From assembly GCA_973895155.1 (NCBI GenBank), contig OZ316892.1, positions 11,112,420 through 11,176,419 on the forward strand: 64,000 bases of DNA, read 5' to 3'. Positions 10,820-25,434 of the stretch are shown here, in pieces. This DNA comes from Marsupella aquatica. Its lineage: Eukaryota; Plantae; Marchantiophyta. The notes under the pieces were generated by a model that saw only the letters and a list, made by a program, of their open reading frames with translations, was not told the origin of the DNA and did no database searches. Each line of letters begins with the position of its first letter. Position 1 is the first letter of the stretch. Made by a program: the position numbers and the translations under genes.

Positions 10820-13202
10820 CTTGTAAATAAAGGAAGATCAACAATAATGTTATGTATTTTTGCTCTAATCTGAGAGTTCTGTTGTCATCCTCTCGAACCT
10901 CTTCTCCGTGCAGCATTGAAACATGGGTTACTGGACAGGCTATTATAAGGTAGCAGTTTCTCAATCAAGAAATGTAGGTTAACATCAGTCACAAGGAATT
11001 CTTATTTATTTTCTAAGTTATGTGATAAATGGTTTTGCCGAGGAGACTTAGTTGCTAGAAGTCATGAATCCCTCTTCTACAACGGGAGATCTATGAGAGA
11101 TCTGAAGAAAAAAATGGAGGTGCAAAGACATCAAAATCTGATCTCGATTTGTTCTGACTAATGGTCAAACAACTTCAATCACGATCTTCATCTACGAGCT
11201 GGACATCTTTGATACCTTTAGAAATTGGAATTTATTTGCTATTCGGGGAACGATCCGGTTTGTTATGGAGCGAGGGACTGCAGCAAGGTTCTGGTGATGA
11301 GGATTTGGTTCTCTGAAACACAGTTGATGCGAATTTAAAGACGTCATCAGATCGGAAGGTTACACTAACAGGTTGTGGATGAAAGTGTTCACCAGTTTCT
11401 TTCAGGGTCAGTGACTGGAGGTCTGAAGCTGCAGCATGGACCCGTTCTGTTGTCAAGAAGATCTTCGACTCGTGTGTCCTTTATTAGTGCAGGGTTTTTA
11501 GCCGAACATCTGAGACTTCTCACTACTGTGGTACCTGTTCGCACTGTTGCAATTGTGTGTGGGATCTGTTCAGAGAAGAAAAATAAATCGGGGGACAGGC
11601 ATTGCTGTGTTCAATATCTTGAAGCACTGTTCCTGGGTTAATATTTGCGCTTTTTGCTGTCAGGGAAAGTGTAGGTATCTGTCTTGCTTAGCGTGGCCTT
11701 GCACTGACCTAGTTTCAAGTCCTTCGTAAGTCTTGAGGTGGGGTGTCCAAGACGAAGATGGGTATTTTCATAAGTTATGATTCGCATGACTTCAATGGAT
11801 CGTCGAACTTCTCCATAGATGGTTCTATCGACCGTAGTCCCAGCTATGCTCTGCCTTGGGCCTGGGCGTCTCATTCCATCAATATGGTGTAATTGAAGTT
11901 GCAGCAGATGATACCTCATAGATTCTAGTCAGTTGTAAGAACTCATAGACGACGACGAAATATTCTAGACAATAGTTCTGTTTCGGGGGAAGCTTTACCC
12001 ACCTCGATCACCACTTTCTGATATTCTAGACAACGGATTAGGTGTGGTACTTCACACAATGGGTGCAATGGTGCTACTATTATGTCTTCCAAAGTCTGAG
12101 TGACAATATTACTGAGAAGGCTAGTACGTACGTGAAACGACAAACTCACAGTAATCAGATCTAACACTACGCTCTTGTGCCTGGATCTGCACATAAGGGG
12201 CGATTGTATTTTCCATTGGAACAAACTGCAAAAGATTTTCCACCCCATGTTGTACCATACCCATGAGCCACATCATTTCACATACATACAATCATGTGTA
12301 CAAAATTACATTTAGTGTTTTTGTGAATATCAGTGTAGTCTCATGAATTCACCTCGGGGGGCGATTTACAAATCTAAACGAAAGATCTTGGTGAAATCTC
12401 CATTCCACACAAAAATGCATCTAGAAATGGCTTACAATTTTTAACAAATCATCAAAATATATTTTACGGTACAAGGTCCTAAGATGGGAAGTGAGTAGGA
12501 GATGCAGGGTAGGTCTCGGGTATGTCTATTGTTCACTGAGGCAAATGGACAGTGGCCAATGAGGCACCTAGGCAAAGGGTAGGTCTATTGTTGACCTAGC
12601 CAAATGAAAAATTGCAAGCTAGGGACAGGGCCCCCTTTCTGTCGTTGTGGTTCTAAAATAATCTTCCAAAAAGTTCTAGTGCTTTCAGAGTGACAAGTGG
12701 TATTCTTGACCACGGCTTTCATGCCACATCAAATGTGGTGCAATGAAATTGCTCTACTATCATATTCGATTTTTCAATGATTCTTTAAAAAAGAATGAGG
12801 ATACACGCCTCCTCCAAGACGTGGTTGGTCAGTCAATAATGTACAAATTTGTTCATGTCGAATTTACAAATTTGTTATCAAACAGAATAACAGTGCGACG
12901 CCTTGTTCTCGTGAGATCTTGATAGATTGCAGAAAAATTGCATTTGATGTTAATTTGCGGATCGCCTCAGGATGCGCTCACCACTTACATTTTTCAAACT
13001 TAAAATCTTTGGGCGCCTCCAATCTCACGAGCGTCTAGACTACGGTTCATGCATCTGATATAATTTCCCCATTAAGATCCCCTGAGAGGCAACGAGGGAC
13101 AGGGGGAGGGGTGAACTTGACACCTGTGCGAAGCACCCATTTAGTTGCTGAAAACTTTTCTATATTAAGGGAAATTCAAACTAAATCTCAATTTACTCAA
13201 AT

Positions 13203-16200
13203 TTACAACATTGGAACAGATCGCCGCCGTAACCTTGGACCATTATTCAATCCCGCTCGCAAGGTTCTGTCCTCTCCTTCCTGATCTGTTGTAGGCGTTG
13301 GAGCCAATTGTTGATGCACGTCCCGAAAGTCACGAAATATAGGAAGGAAAGAAACGAGTGTTGCAGGGCCACTTCCTAATATCCATGGCAACACTGAACC
13401 CAGTGACGTGAAGGGTCCTGAGTGGGTGGGCTCAACGACAGGCACCTGCGAGTCTGCTCCAGATTCTCTAAAACTCCTCCCTACAGAACTCCTCAGCCCA
13501 TTTTGCCCACTAACACCCTCGCCACCGTGTATTCCTACAGTCCTACTGCGATCTTCCGACTCACCAGAAAAAACATCTGAATGGTTTGGAATAAGACTAC
13601 TCAGACCACTACCTTGGTTTCTGCTGCTGTCAAACATTCGAGTACCAGAGTCCGCAGAAAAAGAACCTAAATTTCTGATGGATAAAGGATAAATTGTAGT
13701 TGGTTGAGAACCTCTACTATTCCTGTCACCATTTCTCTCCACCGCAATATTTGTCTGAGAGCGATCAACCTGCTGACTATCATTTCCGTTCCTGGATGCG
13801 TTGAGGGGAATTCCAGCTCTTTGACCAGTAGTATCTACTGAACTGGTGCGAGTATCTCCAAGAATTGAGCTGTTCGTCAGTCGGGCAACTTGAAGAATGG
13901 CTGAGGAGATGTGAAGACCCTGCTGTTGAAAGAGAGCCCTCCGCCGCAGGAAACTTTGAAGTGCAGGCACCTGTCAGAAATATTGACACTGAATGTCATC
14001 CACGACGCTTAGCACAAGAAATTTGTAAGAAGAAGAGTCACCAGGACCAAGAAATAGTACCTCAAATTGATTCCAAAAGTAAAGAACCAGGTGCTGCATG
14101 AAAGCGCCAGTAGCGGAAAATGCCAGGTATGAAAATCCTGCGACAACATAAACAATAGGACACAGGCAAGTAGAAAGATTGAAATTTGTAAGAGCCGCGC
14201 AAATGGAAGTAAAAAAAACATGTAGCGAGGTTCCACATTTGCTTAGACAAGATTATAAATTCAACTACGACACTACCCTGTTTTCTATATGAAATATGCC
14301 TTCCTGTCCAAAAACATTCTAACCTTCAGAGATTGAACAGAATCCTCACCGTATGTGTACGAAAAGAAATAGATATGAAACACCATAAAATACAAGAAGA
14401 AGAAGCGTGGGAAATACTGCATCGATAAAGGAGTCCTCACACTGCAACCCAAACAATGGCATCGTTAGCTTAACAATGAAAGGTGAAGCTCTCTAGTTCG
14501 TTCATCTAATAGGCTTCATCTCGTGAATGTTATAAATCCTTTGAATGAATCTAATAGCATCATAAAACCAATGCAGCAATGCTCAAAGATTCCATCCGAA
14601 GCCAAGTGGCAAGTACCTTATCATTGTATAAAGCTCACACAGCCAGACAAGTGTGAGAACCATAAAGGCTAGAAGCTGGTCGTCAAAGAACTCAAACAAG
14701 AAGAAGAGAATCCCGATCATTATCTGCACCCATGTAAAAGTCTGAATACGAGCTCTTGCACCTAACGGGTGCCTAGCAGGAAGGTTACTTGATTCTAAGT
14801 ACAAAGATTACTAAACGTGCTTATCGGGAATTTTACTGCCGATGCCAGGAATTGAATAATTTGAGGGATCCGAAAGCAAAAACTCCAATTTGTTATGAAG
14901 ATTGCATAAAAATTCGTTTCAATTCTATATAAATAGGAAGCTATGTCAGTTTTAGTAAACATGAATTTATCAAGAAAATAAGCATATGGATAGTGTTGAT
15001 TTCAGTGCAGTAGTTCACATTGATCATTTAGCCTCACAGAAAACATTTAACAATGACAAAACAACAACACAACCACATTCAATCCGGATATACAGACAAT
15101 ATTGACCAGCCAGGAAAAACACATGGGAGGTGGATTCATCCTTACAGGTACAAATACAAGGGACTCGATCACATGCACAAATATGAGACGGTATGTTGGA
15201 AGTCGATGGCGAGCATGATGTTGCAGTTGCACTGTAAGAGCAAGTAACCTTAGAGCTTGTTTTGACATGAATAGGATTTTGTGGTAAACTTGTGTCAATA
15301 GAAGGATATTCAAGCCAGTCAATTATATTCTCTGAAACACTATGCAAAATGCTGATGATCTCAGACTATCCAGACTCCAAGATGTGTTGGCAAACATTGA
15401 GCTACAGTAATAGCCCCCAATACCAAACCCAACGGTAAAATTTTCTTGTGGCACCTTACCTGTGAATTTGAGCATACGAGATTGTGTCTCTCGCAAGGTG
15501 AATGAGACAGACATTGTAGTAGTAAAGAAAACAAAAAGAGATGTGATGAGTACTCCACATTTGAACACGATATAACCTGCATGACCATTTTTACGCAGTT
15601 AATAACGAGAAACTGGGGACACTACGGAGGGAAGCGTCTTACACAGCAACATATCCCAATTTACAGAATTCACCCTTACATTGCTACTGCAATTCAAGAT
15701 AATGTCCAATATTTCTGAGAACAGAAAAACAATGAGAACAGGAGACGTGCCTTCAAATCCATGTGGAACGCCACTAAAATCTTGAAAGTAGTTCAAGTTA
15801 TAGAGTTCTTTCGTTTGAAAATTGTACAAATAACCTGCAGCATGCACCGATGGAGGCGTCGCCTATCAATCTCATCGATCGTTAACTCACCACAGTAATG
15901 GCGATTGTTAATCACTCTTGAGCTGACTTGACTGGGAGAGATTATTGAATGTATTCTCTTACCTTTTCCACGAGCGTGAAGTAAGCTGTTCATAAGAATA
16001 GTGTCATATCCTACAAAATTGTCGATTAAAAGTTGTTGCCATCTACAAGTCAAAGAACCACCGTACATCAGACTCTTTTCACTTCATATCCTCCAACAAT
16101 TTCGAATAATGGGTGAAAGGGTTCAAACTAATAAATGAATGGTTTCTACAAATCCAGAAGTACAAATTAGTGGATGGACAATATGATCGAACATGGAAGC

Positions 16201-19200
16201 TAACCACGGAGAAAAGCATCGACTTAATTACTGTATATCCAACACGAGAGATGTGTGATGGAGAATCTGGTCAGAAATTGAAATTGATGTCAACACAGAA
16301 CAACAGGTTCCAGCTAAGTAAGCTACTCATTATCCAACAGTACAATTCGTAGACGACAAATCTTAGCACACTGGGTAGAGTTTGCTTCCTCAAATGTGGT
16401 TCGCACCTGTTGCCAAAACAGACATTCTGGGCGGAAATTGTTACATTTACAGTCCGTATGATGTGCTGCAATTTGGCAGCTTCAGACAGCATCAAGTAGC
16501 CCTAGGTACATAAACAACTTTGTCAACAATAGAGAATCTCTCTTGCGCTACCAACGTAAAGGGACCAAGTAAGTTTTGGGGCGAAAAAACCTCACTATTC
16601 CCTCACTGACCAGTGAATGTCATGCATCAAATTCATTTCATGCTCAAAACATTCCGCCATTCTCGACATATTTGGAGAACTGACAACATTGATTCTAGGA
16701 AAACCTGTTAAAAGTGAGAAGAAGTTTTGTAGAAACACATCAAACCTTACCTTTTCTACACTGTAAAGATAGGTGGGGTCCAAAATCCGTCTTCGCTTAT
16801 CTGAGAAGTCGACTGCAGTTCAAACAGATAATCTCCATCAATCGGACCAAGACTTGAAGCTGCTAAAAATACATAAGTTGTTATGCTCACTGAGTAACGA
16901 AACTATCGGCATACACAAACCTCAATTGGACATACCACAACTTGAAAAGCACATAGCAAACCGTTCTAGAACCTCTTACACGCTGCCTGCAAACAAAGTT
17001 GCAGGACTAACCACGCCGGTACAACTGCTCTTACCGGATTGAATAGCAGAGTACTTCAATGCCTAAACTGTTGCAAAAGAGTAGTACAATTTTGGAGAGT
17101 TTATAACGAAGATGCAAACCTAGAACTGAATCAAGTTTGTTCCATGCTACACTGCGGCGATCTCCCTTTGGGGATGCTGCAAATGGCTCCCAAGCTGTGA
17201 TTCTCTGATGACCACATTAATCAACCAACAATTATCAAGACCACAAAGCAAAGCTTTTGCAATAGTGATCATAAAGAAGAAAAGAGCAATTAGAAGCAAG
17301 TCCCAAGCCTGCCTGGACTTTGGACGTTTCGACCGGCATACAACGACTATGATTTATACCACAGAATGGCCAGCCTATGCATCACTTCCTTCAGTTTTGG
17401 AACAGAGGAGCCAGCATATGACTTACTCCTGCGGCTTTGGCTCTTTCTCTCAGAAAAAGTCGTATGAAGCTTTTTAGAGTGAACGCTCAAGTGGAGAAAA
17501 ACAAATCGTGGAAATTTTGAAACTTGGCTTGCATGGCTAACTCACCCAGACTTGCCAAAAGCTCCTCAAAGATTGCTCCCCTCTTTTCAAACATACAGCG
17601 GTGTAGCTGTTCCATCTAGCCAAATAGTGCAACAGGGCTGTTCCAATTGGCCCCCTTCCAGGCCCAGCAAGAGCTCTTGGACTAACCTCTTGGGCAAATA
17701 TTTCTTGAGGGGTCTCTTCCTGGCTCCTTGCCTTTTGAGTGGTGTCTTCCACCCCATTGGCATAACCCGTAGAGTCAGGCTCCCTTTCAGTCCTCCAGCT
17801 CCATTTCCCAGCCTGGCTCCTTCGTGCATTGGTGCTGATAAGGTTCAACCAAAACTTGGCTCCCCATACATTCCAACCTTCATTCCTTACACCTGCAACC
17901 TGATGATCGAGCAGAGGCTCGGCCTTTTCTTGGATTGAATTATCCTCTGTGGCGGAGTCTTTCACTGAACTATCAAAACTTACATGGCTGAGAGCGTCCT
18001 CTGAGATCCGATTCCAACTTCCAGTAATCTGTGAGGCATATCAAAGACTTTTTAGAAAGTGTGCTTGACTGTGGACCTAGTACTGGGCACTATGCTGTTT
18101 CAAAGCCAAGGGATGTTTTAGACTGCATCCAGTATAACTGTTCCAGACGATCTCGAGCAAACCACTGTTCAGAAATGTAGTCTGTGAACAATCCAATGAC
18201 ACAGGAAACCAGAATTTCCATGTGGAGAAGTTGAGACATAATAGTTTTTCCGTCTCCATGGCCACCCTTTCTCCGTCCATACGGGTCGCATTGCGTGTTG
18301 CCACTCTGGGCTTGTGTGTTTTAAAAAAGTAAATTCCGCAAGTACATAGCACGACCAAATTCAACTACCTTCAAGAAAGACGAGGCTCTTCTACCGTCTA
18401 TAATATAGGAGAGGCCCTAATGACAAACTTTTAAGGGCAACCCCCTCATGACCTGCATACTCACATTAGTCATTGTAGCTTGCACCCCCTCATGACCTGC
18501 ATACTCATATTATTCATTGTAGCTTACTTCGGAATTGATGATCATTGTGCTGAAATATAAACTAGCTGCCCTGCTGTCAACTTATAGTCAAACTCCCATC
18601 GGACAGAGCAACCCAGTTCATGTTGACGAGAAAACGAGTGGGCTACGAAGACGGTGCAATACAGGAAAGGGTTTTCAATGACATAGGCAAAACCACCGTG
18701 CGTTCGCAGTTACAGAATGGTTTTACAACTCCATACCTTTATTTGGACCAGCTGGGCATCTGATACGTCTGCTCCTGAAAACTCCATAGAACATGCTGGC
18801 TGTTCACCACAAGTGGGCACCAGATTATTCACTTTCTTAGCAATGCTTCAGTGCTTAAATTTGAGGTGATATGATTGACGCTACTTGAAATACAATGATG
18901 GAGATATTTTAATCAGGACGAAGGCTATAACTGCTGGATGGAAACCAACGAGGAAAAAGCAATATTAATCAAAAGAGAGTTCTTTCGGAGAATTTTGCGA
19001 ATTTAAAACTTCTCACATGAGTTCTCGCCTATGGAAATACACTCGGCAGAGAGTACACAAAAGTATGCAATAGAAATATAAACATATGGACTCGCGGCAG
19101 TAAAACACACTGAATCGTCATCGTTCGAGAAATCAACCTAGAGCTGAGAGAGCCAACCTGGGCTACAAAGTTGACGTGCATCACCACAAGCAGGGCTAGC

Positions 19201-19322
19201 AGCATGAGTGCGTTGAACAGGCAAAGGTACTCCAGTACTGCACGGAACTTTGGGGTCAATAGCCTCGCCAACACACCAGATAACCTCGCATGGACCCTCA
19301 GAAATGTCTGCTCTGGATCCAT
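13203..19322 (-). CDS. TMEM259: Membralin-like ER membrane protein
   Basis: 14 phase-consistent exons: 19158-19322, 18737-18799, 17546-18028, 17120-17204, 16751-16812, 16407-16501, 15963-16042, 15751-15834, 15460-15576, 15146-15231, 14617-14723, 14350-14441, 14061-14137, 13203-13970. Motifs: MDPEQTFLRVHARLSG, DPTYLYSVEKGY, CFGNRWQQLLIDNFVGYDTILMNSL, SLFVFFTTTMSVSFTLRETQ, IMIGILFFLFEFFDDQLLAFMVL, QHLVLYFWNQFEVPAL. Confidence 0.95.
18440..18525. repeat. 44-bp tandem duplication in a membralin intron
   Basis: ACCCCCTCATGACCTGCATACTCA(C/T)ATTA(G/T)TCATTGTAGCTT at 18440 and 18484. Confidence 0.9.
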
Positions 19323-21279
19323 TTGTGCTAAGACTGAATGTACTACGTCAACTCCTTAATAAGTCCGAAGCCGTCAATTCGTCTCTCCACCACAGCTACG
19401 TCCTTTGCAAAATTCCAACCCTCGCTCAACCTTTACCATCCTTCTGCTCTCTACACCACAATTTTAATGGCTTTCCTTTTCCCCGCATACTAACGCCCCT
19501 CCGTAGCATATCTTCTCCGGCTTTCTCACACTTCAAAAGAAGCCCTCGTCTGTTGCTTTAGACACCACCGTAATATACTGGACCTCAACCGCCTTCCTGC
19601 AACAGCTAATCATTGCAGCGCCCCGCTGCCATCATTTCTTTCCACCCGAACGTTGACAACCTCCTGCTCGGATTCTCGCGATCTTACACCAATTGGCGAA
19701 GCCGTATCCCTGTGATGATATCGTCTCTTTCAGAACTCCTCCAAAACCAAATAGTTTAATTCCAGTTCTTACCCGCACCCTTACGGTACATCCTCCTCTG
19801 ATCGACTTCCTCGGGCCACCAACCTAATCGCTTGCAGAGTTATTACTCACGACGAAGCAATTGTTACGTCTCCAACACGTATATCAAAACCACGAATCCA
19901 TTCCTTCTCTTAAGCGCTCCTCTGAGGCAACATTGCTCTGCTCCACTTTCTCCAAAGCAGGCATACTACTGATTAAAAGAAGTCTCGCCAGCAGAAAGAG
20001 CTACACAGACGAACAAATCTGCCCAACCTACAGAGCAATTCTTGCATTCCCTTTCACGAAGAACGCAGCAACCATCGACTTAAAATCCAACGCCAAAGCC
20101 AGCCCCAGCCATGAGAGAAGGACGGAAGAAGCAACCTAGTACCTCACATGAGTGCTTTTCAGTTCCAAAGTATTCCAAGAGTTACCGTCGAAGAAAACGA
20201 AGAAGATCGCGAGCGACAAGGGGTATGGAACGATGCACGCAATCACCGCAAGGACAACGCATCGAGCAGGTACTCTCTATGCCACCACCACGACATTGAA
20301 GGCTCTTTTGGGGAGCAATTTCGATCGAGGATCAGTGAGAAATGGAAAATGTGCGCTACAGCAGAGAAATAATTCGTCTACGCAGACCAGATCACGCCAG
20401 AAATGAAGGTCACTTTCACAGAACGAGAAACGAAGGAGATACAGTGTGACGGAAGAGACGGGAGGAGGGGGGCAGGGTGCCACAGCGGACGGACAAGAGC
20501 GACAAGAAAAAAAACCTACAGTACAGAAGTACCTCACCAAAGAGAAAAGCAACAAGAGCGACAAGACACCAACAGTATTTTCAGGATGAAAACAAACGAA
20601 AACACCGATGAAACGGTAGGTCAGAGGAAATCATGTCCTGGAAGACCGGAAGAAAGCGTACACGTATGAAAGGTGTCGATTGTTGGACCTTTCCTCGTGG
20701 CAATTTGGGAACTCTGAGGGGATTGACGTTATCCCCTGCAGATTGTTGTCAAGAATGAATGGTGTACCGAAAGAGTGTGTATATGGGCAATGTGGCCAAT
20801 TGAGTCAATGTGGTCAAGGTCAACGGCTCCAATCGTTTCAAATCCATTGCTACAGTAAAAGTAGAGAATTGCCTGATTTCATGGTTTTCGATGATATAGG
20901 GCTAATAAATTTGTGTAAAGTTGGGTGACTGTATTTAGTTTATTTTATCTTGGTTTTGTAATGAAAGATAAAGATAATGGCGCACCCAATGTATTTATTC
21001 TAAAGCTCAATGTATCCAAATTCCTGTTGGGGCAAAGCCCAGTAGAGATAAAAACAAACCCCAAGGGCTAGACAAGCCAACAGAATGTATCCATAGGCCC
21101 GTTGCGGCAAAGACAATCATGGCACAAACAAAAACTAAACCCCAGGGGCCAAAGCACAAGCCAATCTAACATGCAATGCTGAAAGCCTCCCAAGGGAGAC
21201 CTCCAAGTCACCAATTAAAGGCCTTGGGCCACAAATGGATTTAGGTGGATCACCTATGAAGAGAAATCTCATTGGTACA

Positions 21280-21620
21280 TTGTTGAGCATTGACAACATT
21301 CATAACGGCATGCCCATAACCATCAAATGATCAAGTAATTGACACAAAGTGATACATGTTTCACCTCCACATGAGATTACGTCCACGAGAACACACAAGA
21401 GTTTTATTGCACTCTAAACTGACCGACCATACCAAGCATCCATAACATAAGCTCTTCCTATCTCTCAATTGGCTCTGTAACAATGAGCTTGAGTTCGCAC
21501 TCTCCAAGCAAACACTGTTTGGGTATAGTATGTGTGAAACATGACTAACCTAACCTAGTCTGCGACTAAGGTTAGCCCGAACTGCAATACATTCGTAACT
21601 CTAGACCTAAGGGATTTCCA
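21280..21620. mobile_element. Degenerate LTR-like relic related to 23911-24300
   Basis: Starts TGTTG. Shares GACAC.AAG.GATA..TG.TTCAC.TCCAC...G.TTAC.TCCA.G.GAACACACAAGAG and a later CAATGAGC.TGAGT with the 23911 segment, resembling Copia-type LTR segments. Ends are uncertain. Confidence 0.4.
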
Positions 21621-21651
21621 GAGCTAGTGATGCTAGTATTAATATAGAGGA

Positions 21652-22140
21652 CTAGCCCTAGTATGGCTGTGTGTTGCACAAAAGATGTTGAGGTGAGGAA
21701 AGGATGTCGAAGTGAAAAAAGATGTTAATGAAAGCAAAAGATGTCAAGGTGAAGAAAAGAAATCAAGGTGAGAAATAGATGTCAAAGAGAGAAAAGAGCC
21801 TATGCATTACACAAAAGATGTTGAGCTGAGAAAAGATGTCGAGATGAGGAAAAGACGTCGCGTTGAAAAAAGATGTCAATGAGAGAGAAAGATGTGAAGG
21901 TGAGGAAAGTTGTCAAGGAGAGAGAAAAATGGCAAGGGTGAGGGAAAAATGTTGTGATGTGATGAAGTTATCAAGGTGAGAAAAGGATGTCGAGATGAAA
22001 AAAGATTTCGACTATGAGAAAAAGATGGTGTGATGTGATAAAGATGTCAAGGTGAGAAAAGACCTCGAGGAAATAAAAAGATGTTGAGTAGATAAAAGAT
22101 GTCGAGGTGAGATAAAGATGGCAATGTGAGAAAGAGATTT
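21652..22140 (-). mobile_element. Diverged non-autonomous Helitron relic with an internal AAAAGATGTC repeat array
   Basis: CTAG...CTGTGTGTTGCACAAAAGATG at 21652-21686 matches the reverse-complemented Helitron 3' end seen at 60043. It is followed by about 20 copies of an about 19-bp AAAAGATGTCGAGGTGAG unit. Confidence 0.55.
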
Positions 22141-23910
22141 GCTTCCAAGTAAAGCCTTGGGACTATATATGGAAAATTTTGTAAGATAATCATGATTAAA
22201 AACCATAGAGAATTCTGTCACATTGGGTGTGAAAATCTCATCATTTTGACATAATATATTTATAAATATTTATGTATATTTTTTAAATGTTTGGAGGCTT
22301 AAAAACAGAAAATTTCCTTTTTCTCCCTTTATCCTCTTTTCCCACATTCTAATATTTTTTGTCATCTTAACTTTTATTTTTTCTTTGGTTTTTCCTTTAT
22401 CTTCCCCCTCCCCCTTTTCTTGTTCAACCCGTTTCTCTCTACTCTCCCCATCAATTGCATAACATTATATTTTTATGGGAGCATAATAATTGGTTGTACA
22501 CTCTAGTACAAACCAGATTCATGGTACTTTCAAGTACATTAGTCTTATGTGCATGTACTGTGGGCATGTGTAAGGTGCCTTTTGTCCTATGTGCATGTAC
22601 TTTGGACAGGCTACCTTGAACCTGCTACCAGGCCTATTAGTGTTACTACCCCTATGTGAGACAGAAGAGATAATGATATGGTTTTGTGTGCATTTGATGG
22701 TGGCAAATAAATAATCAATTCAATGGACGATCAAGATTGTTTCCCGCCATTTCTGATTTTCATAAAGGGACTAAGGACTAAATTAGGCAGGATGGAGTAT
22801 TGTAGTTGTAGATACCTTCTTCTCTTGCATGAGATGGCTGAGGTTATCCTTACTAGATACCTCGACAATGTCATTTCGATTATCTGTATGCTTCCTCATT
22901 GTAGGGCGCAAGGCAACCCAGGGCCCTCCTTTGCTCCTATGAAGCACATTGCCCCATAATCTTGCCTATAAAAAAATTCAATTGGTTCTAGCTATATTCA
23001 AGATATTGAACTAAATAGATGTAAAGTCATAACTTTTGTATGTATTGATGCTTGTTTTTTAAACATTGTACAAAAGTTAACTTTAGTGCAATATTTTTCA
23101 ACATCGAAGCAAGTTGTCATGCACATGATGCAAATGAGCAAATCTTTTCTTTTGTGTTGCTTTCTTCATCTTGTGCAACTTTTTGTCAAAAGATAGCCAC
23201 TGGTCATGTCTGGCTGAGCAAGCTTCCAGACAGGTTATTTTTTGAAAACTTTGTTAGTGCAAAACTTGCACAAAATCAGTCACAACCTTAGCAGATAGCC
23301 ACATCTATCAGTCTGACTTATTGTAGGTCCTGATAATGATGGCCTCAAATGTACTTCATGAATATGTCAATTGTCGTTGCTTGCTATCCTTCTAGCTATT
23401 TTGGACCACATTATCAAATTAAACAAGGTGGACAAGGACCAGGACAAGGACAAGGACAAAATTACCTCAAAAGAAGGCTTCAAGAGTTCTTCCATTTATA
23501 GGGTCCCGACATTAGAGAGCCTTGTCATTCTAGACTACCTGTGCTATAAGCGCACTTGTGTATTAGCTATATTAGCTGATTATAAAAGTTTGAATGGATT
23601 CTCTCAACCCCCTCTCATATGGATTCTCATGTGGATAACATCTAGCATGCTCTTGCGGCAATTATTGCAAGGTATCTTGTTGATACATTCCCCATAGTCA
23701 TGACTTAGTCATGAAATGACAAATACTGAGTATTGAATGATTCATTTTCTCTGCAAAAGAATTTTAAACTCTTCCTTGGACTAATCACAATACTTTGAAT
23801 AGAAAAAGATGAAAACCTTAGAAAAAGATCTCTAACAAGAAGATGAAGTAAAGGCATTTATTTACCTCCACTAGAGAAACCAAACACAAAATGGGGAGAG
23901 TGATGCCAAA

Positions 23911-24300
23911 CTGTTGGGAAAATTGACATGACACATCCATGAGCACAACCAGCAAGCATGTACAAACCGACACCAAGAGATATGTGATTCACTCCACTAA
24001 GGTTACATCCATGGGAACACACAAGAGCTTACTAAGCTTTGGCCACCATGGCCACACAAAGCCTCCTTGTACAAGCTCTCCTCCTAACACCTAGCTAGCC
24101 CCCTCAACAATGAGCATGAGTCTCCAAGAAGAGCTCTCCCTAGCCCCTCTACATGCTAGATGCAAAAGTTGTGGCTAATCACCATCAACACCCTAATGGT
24201 GGTCTAGCCTACAGTAACTAGAAGTTAACCCAAGACTAGACTTAATCCTAACACAAATATAACTTCCACATGTCAAAGCCTACAGAATTTTATAAGGCTA
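23911..24300. mobile_element. Degenerate LTR-like relic related to 21280-21620
   Basis: Starts TGTTGG and shares motif blocks with the 21280 segment; no coding region between or within. Confidence 0.4.
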
Positions 24301-25434
24301 TGGCAACCTACATGGGATGCAAGATGGAGAAGACAAAGAACACATGAGAGCAATAGAAAAGAAATACAAATAGCAACAAGAGATATTTTGATGAAAATAT
24401 ATCATGTCTCATGACGTGAGAATATTTTTCTCCAAGTAGGGCCCTTAGAGAGTAGGAAAACCAAGCTAGGACATATGTCATATCTTTACCCACTGGTCCA
24501 ACCCAATAATGTCTCCCCTTGTGCATTGCTTCCATCCAACTTCAGGCAACAAGTTGTGGTCTTAATGTCAACTTCAAATTTTGTCATCTAAGGGTGGCTT
24601 TATGAGACATCAGGGCCCCTTCCATTAAGGACAAAGGTAAAGATCAAGGCTAATCAATGCGGATTAACATTGATTAGCTGTACATAACTGCTCGCACCGA
24701 CACTAATATGAAGGTAAGTAATAGGCACAAATGGCTGTGGTGATCAGCAGTCCCTAGGCAGACAGGTAGAGTGGTGAATGGGGTGAGGTGCTTTGACATT
24801 GCTCCCACCCAAAAGTGTTCTTCATATATTCATACTCTAGATAGCTAAAAGAATCTGAGAAATCAAGGTAGCAAGTGCGCCAGGTTTATAACCTTACAAA
24901 TGGTGCGTGTTCACTAGTTGTTGACAACACTAACTCATGCTCACTAGTTGTTGAGTTCTTGACAATATGACTATTGTGTATGCTTATTATGATGTTTGGT
25001 TTCTGTTGGGATCAAATGGATGTTGTGACAACTTTTATTTTTGACACTGTGGCACAAGTGATCTTCATGAGACGACCATTTGGTTTTTGTATTTTTTGTA
25101 TCTTTCATGAGATCGATCATTTGGTTTTGCGAAGAAAGATCAAGAATGTTTGGTTTGCAAACACCTAAGATTCTTGTGTGGATTACTATAATCACCCACA
25201 CACTCACTGTTTAGAGGCTTCATTGTAGGCACATAAGACTCTTGAATGGATTATAATAATCACCCACACACTCACGGTTTTGAAGCTTCACTTTAGGCCT
25301 CTAAGACTAGCTTACAATTCTGATTATATTCTTAAATAAACTCTATTGCTCCTTCATTTCACTCCATTCCTTAGAGTACAACTTAGTTCTTCTACTCTAT
25401 GGATAATTGCCAAGAACAACTTTTGACCCCTCTG

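Noticed and set aside
11200-12250. Short ORFs between the NdhV fusion and membralin
   Set aside because: No recognisable homology, mostly non-ATG starts and no consistent exon chain.
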